Program-made: the position numbers and the translations under genes
The notes under the pieces: model-generated
Databases searched by the model: none
The model's input: only the letters and a program-made list of their open reading frames with translations
Told to the model about the DNA's origin: nothing
DNA from: Octopus vulgaris
Taxonomy: Eukaryota
Direction of reading: 5' to 3'
Length of the DNA: 64,000 nucleotides
Assembly (NCBI GenBank): GCA_951406725.2
Contig: OX597824.1
Location: 38,440,001-38,504,000, forward strand
In this document: positions 44,813 to 60,339 of the stretch, one piece after another
Numbering within the stretch: the first letter of the stretch is position 1
Layout: each line of letters begins with the position of its first letter

Positions 44813-45181
44813 TACCTCTGCCTTAGCGAAGTTGGAGGTATTGTTTTCAATCGTGTTTGCTTGTTTGTCTGTCCGTGGATAAGATATCTCAATAACCGCT
44901 GGATGGATTCGGATGAAACTTTGAGGGATGTTTGGCCTCAAATCTGTTGCGAACTGATTAGATTTTGGAATCGATCCGGTACCGGACAAAGATTCTGAAT
45001 TATTTTCCCTGCTTTTTTATTTAATTTTTGAGAGCGGTCTGCTTCATTTTTAGTATTCTCGTTTGTGAAAGCAGTCGAGGTTATTTTAGGTATTCTCATT
45101 TTAAAAATCATCTCTGGCTAATCGTTGAGAGGACATTGGTGTTGCCTTGCCAGAGGTTTGCGCTCTCTGAGTGCTCTTGTT
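44813..45181 (+). mobile_element. Helentron-associated non-autonomous element (DINE-1/HINE-like)
   Basis: 5' ACCTCTGCC...GGAGGT hairpin, a (GTTT/GTCT) tract, a 3' subterminal CAGAGGT and a terminal hairpin GCGCTC-TCT-GAGTGC before T-rich sequence. Confidence 0.65.
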
Positions 45182-45220
45182 ATTACTTTTATTAATATTT
45201 ATTCATGCACGCATAACAGT

Positions 45221-45997
45221 TTTATGAGGATCTAGCACAATTATTGAGGAAAGCACCAATTTCTGACAAACTGGTAATCTTGGGAGTTTTCAACGCAATA
45301 GTTGAAAAGGACTACGCTTCATGGCCTGTTTTAGGGCGACATGGCATTGGAAAATGTAATTAAAATGGAGTAGCTCTTTTGACTTTTAGCAGAAAAATAA
45401 ATATAAAACCACCTGGATGCACCCAAGATATAAGCACTGGCATCTCATTGATTATATATTAATCAGAAAACGTGATATGAAAGACGTTTCTAGCATTCGG
45501 GCCATGAGAGGAGCAGAAAGCTGAACTGACCATCGTCTAGTGCGTGGAAAAATAAATTTTTCGATAATACTTAAAAATCGACAGTCTGGTCCTAAGGTAC
45601 CCCAAAAGTTAAATGTTGCAAACTTTAAGTTATCAAGCAACTTGCAAAAATTCCACGATGCTATAGAAAGTATCAATCTTGACCCAAACAATCTATGGGA
45701 AGATTTCAAAACAAAAGTAGTTCAGGCTGCAAGTTCGTCAGTGGGATTTAAATCATGTAAGTCCAGTGACTGGTTCTCTGATAGATCAGCAGAAATTCAT
45801 GATCTACTTTTAGAAAAACAAAACTTAGGCAGTACAATTCTATCTCAGTCCTTGAACCCCAACTCAAAAGAAACTTACAGAAAGCTGAAAGGGAAAGTGC
45901 AGACTGCTCTAAGGAAAATTAAACAGGAATGGTGGAATGATAGAGCAAAAGGGGCACAAGAAGCAGCTGATAGAAATGATTCCAAGGGTGTGTACTG
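45221..45997 (+). mobile_element. RTE-clade LINE fragment (APE endonuclease region)
   Basis: FYEDL..KLVILGVFNA..GRHGIGKCN*NG..TTWMHPRYKHWHLIDYIL..AMRGAE..TDHRLV. Confidence 0.85.
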
Positions 45998-47037
45998 AAC
46001 GATGTAGCATGAACGTATGGCTTGAGTTTTAGCCACTTTGGTCTTTCTCTAGCTCGAAAATCTCATCTGCGCACGCCATGACAACAGATAATAGCTGTTG
46101 TTAGCTAAGAGAACTGGTTGATCCTAGCTGTTGACAGTTTGTTATGTCATAATTTGCTCAGCATCTAGAGATATCCGCTTTTGATTCAATAGCATTCATT
46201 CGCCGAAATATTTCACATCTACCATTCTGCATCCCACGATTTTAATTTACCTTGACTCGAGTAGTAAGATGCTATTTATCCCATTGTTGGGATCCTGGCA
46301 GATGCTACTAATCCGGATTAGTGTATATCCGGGAACAATAGTGGCTAAGAAGTGGTTCCCCACTCCTCTAAACCCTGGAAGTTGCGAACCAGGACACCAT
46401 ACCGGATGATGTTCAATGTCATACTTACGGTTATCGATCTTATAGCTATTTCAAACTATGCATTAACTATATCAACGTTCCTTGTCTCTCTGACAGGAAA
46501 GGTGGAGTCCGTAAAGGCTATGGGCACTGTCCCTACTTTCTGATTAAAATCCCAAGCAAAAACAAACAAAAAAATCAATCAATCAATCTATCAATCAATC
46601 AATCAATCAATCAGTAAGTAAATAGATAAATAGATATTTATATAAGGGGTACGTCAGCCAGGTCATCGGCCAACCAATGAACGAAATCAATAACAAGTTA
46701 AAATAACTATGATATTAACTGACAAATGTTTTTTTGGAGGATGGTGTTATCAGCTAGTTGGCCATGTCAATAAATGGAGCGCTTGCCAATTAATCGATAA
46801 CCTCACAACAAAGACCTGTTATTTGTGTTTATTTTTAGAATCAAATCAATAGAAGCACGATCGAAAACGATCAAACCTATTTAAGAATCGATTGATTGAC
46901 GTTGCGTAGAATAAATCGTGTTATTGATATAGAGGCGATTCGTTTCAATAGCTTTTTTTTGTTTTTCGTTTTTGTGTTTTTTAATTTTTTTGCGATAATA
47001 ATGGCGGTGGTTGTGGTAATGGTGGTGATACTTTAGG

Positions 47038-47081
<44 letters not shown>

Positions 47082-47918
47082 GTGATGATGACGACGATGA
47101 TGATGACGATGATGATGACGACGACGATGATGACGATGATGACGACGACGATGATAATGATGATGATTATGACGACGATAACGATGATGATTATGACGAT
47201 CATGATGATGACCACGACGACGACGAAGATGGCAGAGATAATTGTAGTGGTAGTAATGGTGTTGGTGGTGGTGTTGATGACGACGACTATGATGATATTG
47301 GTGATGTCGATGTTGAAGTTAGGGATGTTGAAGTTTATCAAATAATGATTTATTTAGTTCACTACCCACTCCACGCGCTCATCCCTTTTTTCTCCACTAC
47401 CACCGCCATCATCAGCGCCATCACAAACAGTATTATCATTAAAACCATCCTTATAACCTATCCACCACTGCTTCTACCAACTCCTTTGCCACCGTAACTA
47501 TCAATGGACACTATCATCACAATCATCAACAGCACCATCAGTATCATCATGACCGCTATCGCCCCACGATCGTCATCGTCGCCATCACTAAAACCATGAT
47601 CAGCATCACCATCATCGCTTATATCATCAATACTATTATCATCACTATCACTACCACAACAACAACAAAGACTATCATCATCATAATCATGATCACAATC
47701 ACCCCCACCACCATTACCACCACCACTACCACTACGATTTAGATACTAAGTAAGACTACAAATCTTCAGGTGTATGTGAAGGAACGAGCATTCTGCACCC
47801 ATAAATCCATGAGAAAATAGGGAAATAATGTTCTAGAGTTACAGTCATCCCAAAGAGTGAGAAACAGGATTGATTCCATCAATACCCTAGTTATATTTGT
47901 TTTGATCTCCGGTTTTAA

Positions 47919-48230
47919 CCCCTTACCCAACAATTATTTTGAAAATAAATGTATTTTTTCAGACATATTTTTATTAGTTTCAGTCAATACATGCTCTATA
48001 ACTCATTCATCTATATACAAAGAAAAAAAATCAAAAGGACTCATTGTCACTGCCAGACGTATAAAGTGAGCGAATATACTCGTATATGTCAAAAAAGAGT
48101 TTATAATAGACGAAGGAACTCGTTTGCTGTCGTTTTTTGGCGAGTCTATCTTTTGACGAGTTAACTCGCCAGAGATAGAAAAAAACGATTTCGGTCAAAA
48201 CGCATATATTCGTTTCTGCCGGGTAAGGGG
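47919..48230. mobile_element. piggyBac-type non-autonomous element (312 bp)
   Basis: TTAA|CCCCTTACCC ... GGGTAAGGGG|TTAA. Confidence 0.75.
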
Positions 48231-49155
48231 TTAAAAATCATAAAATGGTCCGGCACTGACATCGGTAAAATTGACACAAAAATATGTAAAGCTTTTCACA
48301 ATGCACAGTATACATCACCCAAATGGGAGATATAGAGAGATTATCAAAATTAATTTTTTTTTCTTTGGTCAGTAAGTGCTATTTCCTACTTGCTTCTGTA
48401 TGGAAATCAAAGGAATTAACTACTATTCTCTTCAAACTTTACTTTTTCTTACCTGGACGTCAATGTTTTGAAACTGACCTATTTTCCATTACATTTCAGA
48501 AAGATTCAGATCAGAGTTGCTGAAGCAGAAATATCGTTAAAGCAAATATTCTGCTAAATATCAAAGATTTTCTTGTCACTTGCTTGACCTTAATCATTTG
48601 AGCATGTCCCTTAATGGCTGACAATATGTGCATCATGAGCAGGAGTATTGGAGGAACATCATTGCCATGTGTCGAGAGGGATTCTTTGGGGTTTAAATAA
48701 ATGTAAGAAAAGCAAAGTTTGACGGAAATATTAGTCATTTTTAATTACTTTCTAGGGGTAAGCAAATAGGGAATAGCAGTTGCTACCCAATGACAAAAAT
48801 CGTGTTACGCTGTTATACGTCATATGAAAGGACACCTATCTTTAGATAGGTGTCTAACTGCAGGGTTAAACACCTGTCTACAGAACCCTAATCCTAATGA
48901 GTGGAGGATAATTGAACTTGTCTGCGAGTATGAAAGTACCAAGAAATTACACTCAATATCAAAAGAATCCAAGAAATATGTAAATGGGTCAATGATACTA
49001 AAGTGCAACTTTATTAAAAGAGAAGAACCCACTGTGAAAGTAAAGCAAATAAAGCACCAGCTTACTTTTTCTCCAAGAAAAGTAAGGCTTTGGTAAATAC
49101 CTGCAAAGGCCAATGAACCTGATTTTGACATATATATATATATATATATATATAT

Positions 49156-49572
49156 AGGAGTGGCTGTGTGGTAAGTAGCTTGTTTACCAACCACATGGTT
49201 CCGAGTTCAGTCCCACTGCGTGGCATCTTGGGCAAGTGCCTTCTGCTATAGCCTCGGGCCGACCAAAGCCTTGTGAGTGGATTTGGTAGACGGAAACTGG
49301 AAGAAGCCTGTCGTATATATGTATATATATATATATGTGTGTGTGTATATGTTTGTGTACCTGTGTTTGTCCCCCTAGCATTGCTTGACAACCGATGCTG
49401 GTGTGTTTACGTCCCCGTCATTTAGCGGTTCGGCAAAAGAGACCGATAGAATAAGTACTGGGCTTACAAAAGAATAAGTCCCGGGGTCGAGTTGCTCGAT
49501 TAAAGGCGGCGCTCCAGCATGGCCGCAGTCAAAATGATTGAAACAAGTAAAAGAGTAAAAGAGAGTAAAGAG
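49156..49572 (+). mobile_element. SINE family A copy
   Basis: Full body and (AAGAGT)n-like tail. Confidence 0.85.
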
Positions 49573-49582
49573 TATATACACA

Positions 49583-50482
49583 CATGGTGCGGTGAATAAA
49601 CTGTGGTCTAAATTACGCAAAAATGAAAATAACACTGACATCTCATTTTAACAGATATATTTACCAAAGTTACATAAAAAATATCTCGAAATACTAAAGA
49701 GTAAATCTATTCAATAAAATCCCCATTGACTTCAACTACAGTCTACACACAGCTTCGGAATCTCCTGAAACTCTTCTGGATGGTCTCCTTGGTTAAGTTG
49801 GTGAATGCTGCCATAATTCTTGCCTTCAGTTGATCTTTGATGTTACAAGTACTTTTGTTAGTCTCTCACTCAACTGCATCCCACACATAATAATCAGGGG
49901 GGGGGGTGCAGTCTGGGGGGGGGGGTTAGGTGGCCAGATGTTAGGGGTGATGTGGCTGCAGAAATTGTCTGACAGCTATAACTGGGTTTTCCTGCTTGTG
50001 TAGCAGGGTGCAGAATCTTGCTGCCAGATATTGGGTCTTCCAGCAGCCACCCTCTTGTCCCAGGGCAGCGATACCTCCTCTTGGCACTTGATGTAGACCT
50101 CCGTGTTGAATCTGAGGCCGTGTGGGAAGATGAATGGAGGTATAACGTCGCCATCACTAGTGATCACGCCAAACACACGATGATGTTGACTAAATGTTTG
50201 ATTTTTATCACTTTCGGTACATGTCCTCAGATTTCACTGTCCTCAGATTGACACCCAAACACTCTAAAATGTTCGTATTGGAGCTTCCGTTGAGAATGCC
50301 AAGGAGTACAGCATGTCATTTCCAAATTTCTAGCTGAGTGAATTGTGTCATTGTGTTGTTTTTCTCGTTGACGGTGCCCAACTGACCTTACTATACTGTG
50401 TAGTCGACAAAATCAAAAACAAACAATGCGCATACGCAAAATTAAAAATATAAAATGGCTACAATTTACCCATCGCACACTG
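49583..50482 (-). mobile_element. Deleted Tc1/mariner (DD37D/maT-like) element
   Basis: TIRs CATGGTGCGGTGAATAAACTGT / ACAATTTACCCATCGCACACTG. Transposase remnant: VFGVITSDGDVIPPFIF..WQQDSAPC..WPPN.PD..PLDYYVW (frameshifted). Confidence 0.8.
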
Positions 50483-50573
50483 CATGTGTGTGTATATATA
50501 TATACATGCACACATACACATACACACACACATATACACACACACACACATACACACACACATACATATATAC

Positions 50574-51468
50574 ACTACATATGTGGAAATCTGTGAGTGT
50601 GTTTGTGGCGTTGTTATCTAACTTCTACATCGTTTTATCGATTTTGATGAAACTTGATATGTGAGTAGAACTCATGTCTGAAATACTAGTGAGGTACTTA
50701 GATTGTTGGAAAAATCGATATTAGGTCCCCTGGAAGAGATTTTTATATCTACTACATATAACTAATATATTATTTTTAAACCTCCAAGGGAAAATAACCT
50801 ATTTGCTCCTGAAAGGGATCTTTATATATAGCTAAGGGAAATAACTCATTCATGTTCGTAATTTATATTTCGTATAAATCAAATTGAGTATGCGTATTTC
50901 TTAGTATTTGAACTATTTGAGTTATTTTCGCAATTTATCCAGTACAACGCTTAAACTAGAAAATAGTATTTTCCTAAACAATAGATCCACTTATTTCGGT
51001 TAGTGACTTATTCACCAATATACCGACACTAGCGCCGAACACACTAAAGCTTTTTTTCAGAGTTATTTACTTTGAATTGTTATTATCTCATATCTGATTA
51101 GCCTGTTATTACGTAACATGCTTCGCGATTTTAGTATACATACCTTATTAGTATTTTCTCCTATGTTCTATATAATCTGGTGATGTATTAAAACCCTTTT
51201 CAGAGCTATTTTATTTGAATTCTTACTATCGAGTAATTAATTTCATGTTTTTACAAAACTGACTTCACAATTTGGGTATTGATAACTTATTGAGAATTCC
51301 TAAAAACAAGATCCTGTGTAAGACAGTTCGGTATTCTCAATAAATGCACAAAAACCGTTTTAAGGGCTACATACTTTGTATCGTTGTTACTGGATTAGCG
51401 AAACAATTATGACAACGGAACCAAGGGATAAATCCCGCTTTCCCGGGAATTACCGAGTACGTCAGCTA

Positions 51469-51469
<1 letters not shown>
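50574..51469 (+). mobile_element. Probable non-autonomous Helitron
   Basis: It ends in a GC-rich imperfect hairpin followed by CAGCTAG|T. The 5' part has an ATCGATTTTGATGAAACTTG motif typical of such elements. The 5' boundary is approximate. Confidence 0.5.
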
Positions 51470-51528
<59 letters not shown>

Positions 51529-51645
51529 TAATATGTTCAATAAGAAATAATTATTTTCGAAATTTTTTCTCTTATGAGGTTTTTACGCTATCTACCTGAC
51601 AATTTCTTGTTAAGTTTTCCTTATTAAGTAGTTGTCCTTAATTGC

Positions 51646-51803
<158 letters not shown>

Positions 51804-52125
51804 CGTATGTATAGCAATAATGAATCTCTGAGTGAGATGTAAACAGTAGCAGCACGACTTAAATGTGGCTAACACACATGGGACGACGCTACTGTTGTTT
51901 ATAGCCCCAGGAAGAAATCTCCTCTATCTGGCTAACAGCACACTGTCTGTGTCCGATTAGTATTTGCGAAGGGAAATCATCGTTCCCATCTCTTGCCTTG
52001 TGTGATACACACGGACTCGAGTTTAAGCGTGTGACAGTCACCAGCTAGGGACGAGAACTGATTCCAAACTGTCAAACTGTCGCTGATCTTGAAAAAGGAG
52101 AAACAAGCCAATAATAAATCTCTGA

Positions 52126-53063
<938 letters not shown>

Positions 53064-53247
53064 TATGAGAGGGTAGCTGATAATAAATACGTTGGTAGTT
53101 ACCTCTTCCTCCTCATCCTTCTCCTTCTCCTCAACTGAACTTGCTTATCCCAGTAGCTAAGGTGTAAATATATATTCTAAAAATACAGAGATCAGGCCAT
53201 CATGCTTCTCACCCGGCAGAAAAACAGAAACTGAAAGTATCAACATT

Positions 53248-53291
53248 ACACACACACACACACACGTATCAACATCTCTCTCTCCCTCTCT

Positions 53292-53366
<75 letters not shown>

Positions 53367-53413
53367 ATCAGCATCTCTCTCGCACACACATACACACGTA
53401 ACAGCATCTCTCT

Positions 53414-53456
<43 letters not shown>

Positions 53457-53550
53457 ATCAACATCTCTCTCGCACATACACTCACACACATACACGTATC
53501 ATCATCATCTCTCTCTCTCTCTCTCACACACGCACACACACATACACACA
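53248..53550. repeat. Minisatellite of unit (CA)n-CGTATCA(A/G)CA-(TC)n-G, five copies
   Basis: An ACACGTATCAACATCTCTC-like anchor recurs at about 53262, 53361, 53394, 53451 and 53492. Confidence 0.85.
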
Positions 53551-54000
53551 CCGTGTAAGGTGTACCGACTTATGTTCTCTATGGTATTGGCACAAGTCCA
53601 CAAATATTGCAGAGCTGATAGTAAAGGGAAGGAGAATTGTTAGTCATTTGAATTGACTATATATTATTGGTATTTACATCTGCTCATAGTCTTCAACATT
53701 AGTCATTTACTATAAATTTATACATATAATATTAAAGGTCCTTATGAAGTCTAACATTTTAAATTTCGAATTTCTATAACTAGGAAGCCTGAAAAAGACG
53801 TAAAATGAAGGCAGGACAAGGCCCAGCACCTCTAAGCAAGACCGTTACCTGTCCTACCTTGTGATCAATGCCCGAGAACAGATCCATTTCCGACTTGGTC
53901 TTTTGAGCCATGTCAAGTTTAAGCATCGTGGAAGGTACCGGATGAACTAAACGCGAATGTCCATTCGGTGGTATAATAAAACTGATCTTCCCAGTGCACT

Positions 54001-54620
54001 CTGCATGTTAGTGGAACATCGCTGAGACAAGAGGAATGGTTTAAATATTTCGGGGCCGTGTTAATGAGTGATGGAAAGCAGGAAGATGAATCGGATGCTA
54101 AAATTGCAGGTGTTGACACAGTAATGTATCAAGCATTTGCATTTCATCCTTAGAAGAGGTGAGATTGGCAAAAAAAAAAAAATTTGACCACTTCATTTCC
54201 GTTTTCGTGCCTATCTTCACCTATGGTCTTCGATATCATGTGATGTCATTCGATCGCGAATACAAGCGGCCGAAACGGCGTTCTTGCGAAGGATCTATGG
54301 ACTAACGTTACTCACCACGGTTCGCAACTCGGAGATCAGGGTGTATTTTCGGTCGAGCTGCTACTTCTCCACATTGAGTGGTCTCAGCTCCGATACTAAG
54401 TGCATGTGATTCGAATGTCGCGGGAGAGAATTAATCGCAAGACAGATTCTTCAAGCCGAGCCATCTGGTAGGAGATCTAGAAGTAGACCAAGAATGAAAG
54501 GGTTGGATAATATCCATAGTTTCAATTGGTCACATGTGGAAATCCAGCCAGAAACTCTAATGACGGTTGTTTCTGAGAGCAATCGTTATTAGAATAAGCA
54601 TTTAAGGAGGAGATAATTAA
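54001..54620 (+). mobile_element. RTE-clade LINE 3' fragment
   Basis: LRQEEWFKYFG..SDGK..IFTYG..RIQAAETAFLRRIYG..VRNSEIR..SQLRY..HVIRM..GRRSRSRPR. Confidence 0.75.
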
Positions 54621-56679
54621 GGAATCTACCCCCACCGCCCTACTAGGAAGATGGATGAATGGATGCATGATCAGTAAAAGACATTTGTGTCCCGAGCAAG
54701 GTATTAAAGTGCACCGAGTGATGTTCTAACTCAGGTTTTAAAATTTAGGGAGAAGTATGGAACTATTTATACGTCAATATCGCTATCCCCAAGTCTTCTC
54801 TTATCTGGGGCGGTAATAGCTGCCAACGGCCTCAGTTGTTGGTCAAATGCCAGAAGATTGCATTGTAGTTAATGCATACAGGACTGAAGGTAGGACCAGT
54901 CTCTACATATGTCACAAACCCACAGGTGTATATAAACTGGTGTATAGTGAAAAACTAAACCAGGTAGACTGATTTGTATATTTGACATATTTTTGACTAT
55001 ATGTTCTATTACGTATATTACTCACAAGTCAGCATTGTTTATTTTCCTTATTAAAGTTTACCGTCGCGTGTACCTAAACGTTTTACTCCATGGTAAACTT
55101 TAGTATGATATTAATAATGTGTAAAATTATGTCTAACAATCGACTATAATAACATATATTTTACTTACTAAATGGCGGTCTTAGCTATTTAACCCTTAGG
55201 CAAGAAGGACTGATTCACGTAACATGAAGGTATGCCTATACACCAGTTAGCCTCTACCATGAATATCCAGGAACCAGCCTTCCTTCGAATCTGAAACGCT
55301 TTAACCACAGAACCAGGGCTATAGTCGATGATCAAGATATTTATTATAATTAGTACAGCGTTATTTAATGGGATATGCAAAGGTTAATGTTTTTTTTTTT
55401 CATCTAAACTTTCTATAGATTACATAGTAGAATGGTTTATGTGATTTAGAGTATCATTGAATATCAGCTGCAAAATTTACTTCAAAACCTTCAGAATCGC
55501 TTAATGATTTGTATATAATAGAGATGAATATATTAAACGAAAAATATGTTTTTGAAGATTCACCCCAATTCAGCAAGAATCTTCCTGAGACTAATTCTAT
55601 ATACAGAAGATTAAAACTGAACTCATTGATTGAACTCATTTTGATGAGATGTAGCATAACAGCGCTGAATTATTCGTGTAATGATTTAACCACTTAGCCA
55701 CTTCGCTGCTGTAAAATTGACACTCTTCAACAGAAAATGTAAAAGCTAAAAACAAAAAAAAGTAAAAGAAGTAACAAAAAATTCTACCGAGTGGATTCGT
55801 TGTTAGTTACTCACACAGCTATAAGACCTGCAATAATTTTTTTGAAAGGGTACTTTAACTACAAGGAAAATGACTGGAATATTATCGGTATAATAATAAA
55901 GATAAATCTGTTGAATAACATTGAGAGCTCAAGAATTCCTAGTTCTTTTTATTCCAATTTCTTCAAAAAGAGAAAAAAGAATGTTATGTATATATGAAGG
56001 AATATTTCCATATTTGAAGAGACGTGGTGGAGGACGGCTAAAATATTTCATTTATATTTGGAAAAGTTTTAGCAATTAGCCAGTGCATTAACCCAAATGA
56101 AATGATGACATGCTTCTAAGATGATTAATTCTAACTTCAGTTTCTTGTCCTGGTAAAAATTAAAATTATGATATTCGAGTATGTCACTCAAAATATTGGT
56201 AGGAAGAGTCATTCAATTGAATCGACTCTAGTTTCTGACTGGTACATCACTTTTCAAGCCTTGACAGTTGAAAGGCAAAACTGAGATCGGCGGGATTTGA
56301 ACTCAGAAAAGTAAAGTTAAATACTTTAACATATAGTTAAATACTGCCAAACATTTTAAACGATGCTCTAACGTCTTTGCTGAAATACATCCATAGCTTT
56401 TATCTTGTTGCATACAAAAATGTTATTCCATTTGGCTCGGCTCGTATAGAGAAAGAGAAGGGGAAATAATTCACGCCTTTTAGTATATGGGTTCATAATT
56501 TCGTTTTCCATTGTCGAGCTAAAAGATTTTCAAATGTGCACTAATTTGACTAATCAGAACCTGTCTTAATCGCGGATCTAATCGGGTTTTGGCTCTGAAT
56601 GCATATATGTTTATGTTTATGTTTTCCAGTTTCAGCTCTTGAGCTGTGGCCATGCTGGGGCACCGCCATATATATATAT

Positions 56680-56792
56680 ATATTACAGAAATATATATAT
56701 ATTACAGAATATATATATATATATTTTACAGAATATATATATATTACAGAAAATATATATATTACAGAAAATATATATATTACAGAAAATAT
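56680..56792. repeat. ~18-bp AT-rich minisatellite (ATATTACAGAAAATATAT)n, about six copies
   Basis: TTACAGAA recurs six times. Confidence 0.85.
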
Positions 56793-57734
56793 TTTAAACT
56801 GGATAAATAATTTTATTTTATAGAGCCGTGGCCCGTATGTTTAAAAACCTTAATCCGTTTCTTTAAATTTTGTTTGTGGCCTAGTCACAGGAGGAACGGC
56901 AGCATCTATGATCATTTCAAAGGCCTCAAAGACTAATGGAATGAATAGAGAAAATTATCCTCAGAACGAACGCTTAGACTGAATGTTTACAACAGAGTGA
57001 ACTCCGTTGAAAGGAGTAATGGTTGAAGTAGAGCGTTAAATCGAGTGACGAGGTAAGTTTACTACGCTATTACATTAACGCCCACCCGACGGACTTCCAA
57101 ACATTTCCTATCGACCACATTTAACTCACTAATATGTGGTCGACCATAAGGTATGGTAAAAGATATTTGCCCAATGTGCGGTTCAATGGGATCGAACTCG
57201 TAATCACAGTTACTACTTAAACCCGCAACCATAGTATAAATGGCTGGGTATTCCTCAGACATTTGTACGCTCATTATAACCTTCAGTACGACTAAGTATG
57301 ACACAGCGAAGGAGAAATGACTAAATTTTGCATTACAGGTACCCTCCATTCACTGGTTCTCCACACCATTTCCATTTATTCAATTTCACTTAAATCTTTC
57401 AAAATGTCAGTCCACCTGAGTTGGTATTCCATAATACCATCTTCCTGTTTTTAAGTGTCCTAAATTAAAACCTTCCGCCAAAATTCCATGTCATTTACTG
57501 TTTCAAACATCAATTAAATAATAGTTTTAAGTTTTGGTACAAGGCCAGTAATTTTTGGAGCGAAGTTAAGTCGATAACACTGACCTCAGCGCTTATATGT
57601 TACTTGATTCCCTCGGAAAGTATGAAGCACAAAGGCGTCGATCTCGGTGGCATTTGAAGCATTTTCTCCGCCGAGCTAATGATTCTGCCTTAAACACCAG
57701 TTAAATACAAACAATAGCTATTTCATTATATTCC

Positions 57735-57946
57735 TTTACTCTATTACTCTTTTACTTGTTTCAGTCATTTTGACTGTGGCCATGCTGGAGCACCGCCTTT
57801 AGTCGAACAAATCGACCCCCAGGACTTATTCTTTGTAAGCCTAGTACTTATTCTATCTGTCTCTTTTGCCGAACCGCTAAGTTACGGGGACGTAAACACA
57901 CCAGCATCGGTTGTCAAGCGATGTTGGGGGGACAAACACAGATACA

Positions 57947-57997
<51 letters not shown>

Positions 57998-58164
57998 ACA
58001 CACACACACACACAGAGTTTCCGTCTACCAAATCCACTCACAAAGCTTTGGTCGGCCCGAAGCTATAGTAGAAGACACTAGCCCAAGGTACCACGCAGGG
58101 TGACTGAACCCGGAACCATGTGGTTCGTAAGCAAGCTACTTACCACACACCCACTCCTACGCCT
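57735..58164 (-). mobile_element. SINE family A copy
   Basis: Reverse complement of the family A consensus with internal (CA)n. Confidence 0.85.
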
Positions 58165-58197
58165 ATATTGTTCATTATTTTCAATATTATTTCACTA

Positions 58198-58410
58198 AGG
58201 TAGCGAGCTGTCAGAATTGTTAGCACGCCGTGTAAAATGCCTAGCGGCATTTCGTCCGTCTTTATGTTCTGGGTTGAAATACCGCCGGGGTCGACTTTGC
58301 CTTTCATCCTTTTGGGGTCGATAGAATAAGTACCAGTTGAGTATTGGTGAATGTTTAATCGACTTACCCTCTCCCCCGAAATTGCTGGCTTTGTGCCAAA
58401 ATTTCCAACA
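58198..58410 (+). mobile_element. SINE family B copy (B1 tail)
   Basis: Head, core and CCCCGAAATTGCTGGCTTTGTGCCAAAATT tail. Confidence 0.8.
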
Positions 58411-59443
58411 AATATTATTTCGCTATATTCTTCATTATTTTCAATAATCAACTGAAACAAAAAGCTGTGAATTTCAGCAGAAATATTGTAACAAAATTGA
58501 TGCAAGGTTATGGTAGACAGCAATACTTTCCTGAGATATGATTGGGAAACCCCCGAGCCAAATGTTCACAAAGCTAAAAATGGATCAGCCTCTCTTAAAT
58601 TTCACAGGTTCTTCATTTTCTCTACACATATCGTCCTCCATCCTTGGTTAGCATTACCTGTTCTCCTTCGGACTATGCGAGTAAAGAAAAAGAAAGAGAA
58701 CGATAGAGAAAGACGAGAGAAAGAAGGAGGGAGGAAACGTTATTGAATGCCGGAGGTATCACCCACACCCGGTATGTTTTCTAAACCACAGCACCAGACA
58801 GCAAATTGAACCATTTCTCCGGCTGTAAAAAGCCAGATGTCTCTGGAAATCCCCTTTTCCGGTCCATGTTTATTTTCTTCAGCTTTACTTACTAAGTGTA
58901 ACAACAGAACAAATGAAATAGTAGACGCACCAATCTCACCAGGTACTTCAGTTCTGCGACAGAACCTCAACAGGATCACTATATAGCAAATATAACAAAA
59001 AGGAACAAAAAAAAAAACAGAAGCTTATTACTTATCTAATCTTTGATTAGGAAAACTATTTTAAGCAAAATAAACGGAGCAAAGCCAAACGATACGATAC
59101 AATGCGGTAGCAAGGTGAGAAATATTTGAGCCACGAGACGTTACCCGGCGCCTTAGTATAACAATCGCCGCCATTCAAGATGTTAGTTTAGGTTAAAGTT
59201 AATTCTGACATATATATACTTTGTCTACATTTACAGCTGTTAACTAATGTCTTTCCTATGTTGTAGCAGTGATATTTACGTGTTTACATCTGTGATGCTC
59301 ATTAATTTACAAAGCATCCGCAGAAAAAAAACACTATGCACTAGAAGATAAAGTATGGCTGTAAGAAATATAAATCAACCCTTGTTAACAGTATAAATAT
59401 GTTTATATATGTACACACACACACACACACATAATCATCGCAT

Positions 59444-59477
<34 letters not shown>

Positions 59478-59565
59478 ATATATACATACATACACACATA
59501 CATATTACTAATGAAAGAAATATGTGAATGGGTCCCTTTGTTTTATGTATAAAGTGCACTCTTCA

Positions 59566-59630
<65 letters not shown>

Positions 59631-59754
59631 GGGCGGATTTTATGCGGCCTACTCTTTCCTAATCTTCAACTCACACATAATTATTTGTATTTGTATATTC
59701 TGTAACTGTATGCATGAATGTATGTGCACATACACAAACACATACATATACACA

Positions 59755-60196
<442 letters not shown>

Positions 60197-60339
60197 TCCC
60201 CCCCCCAGTTAATATGTATATATATGTATATGTGTGTGATATATATACGTGTATACATATGTTACACATACAGAAATACATATACCACAATATGTTGTCT
60301 TACGCTCAGTTAGAAAAGAAAGGAGTCATGGTGGAGTTG

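Noticed and set aside
58740-58979. 79-aa ORF as a host exon
   Set aside because: No recognisable motif or splice evidence. Small host exons cannot be excluded without RNA-seq.
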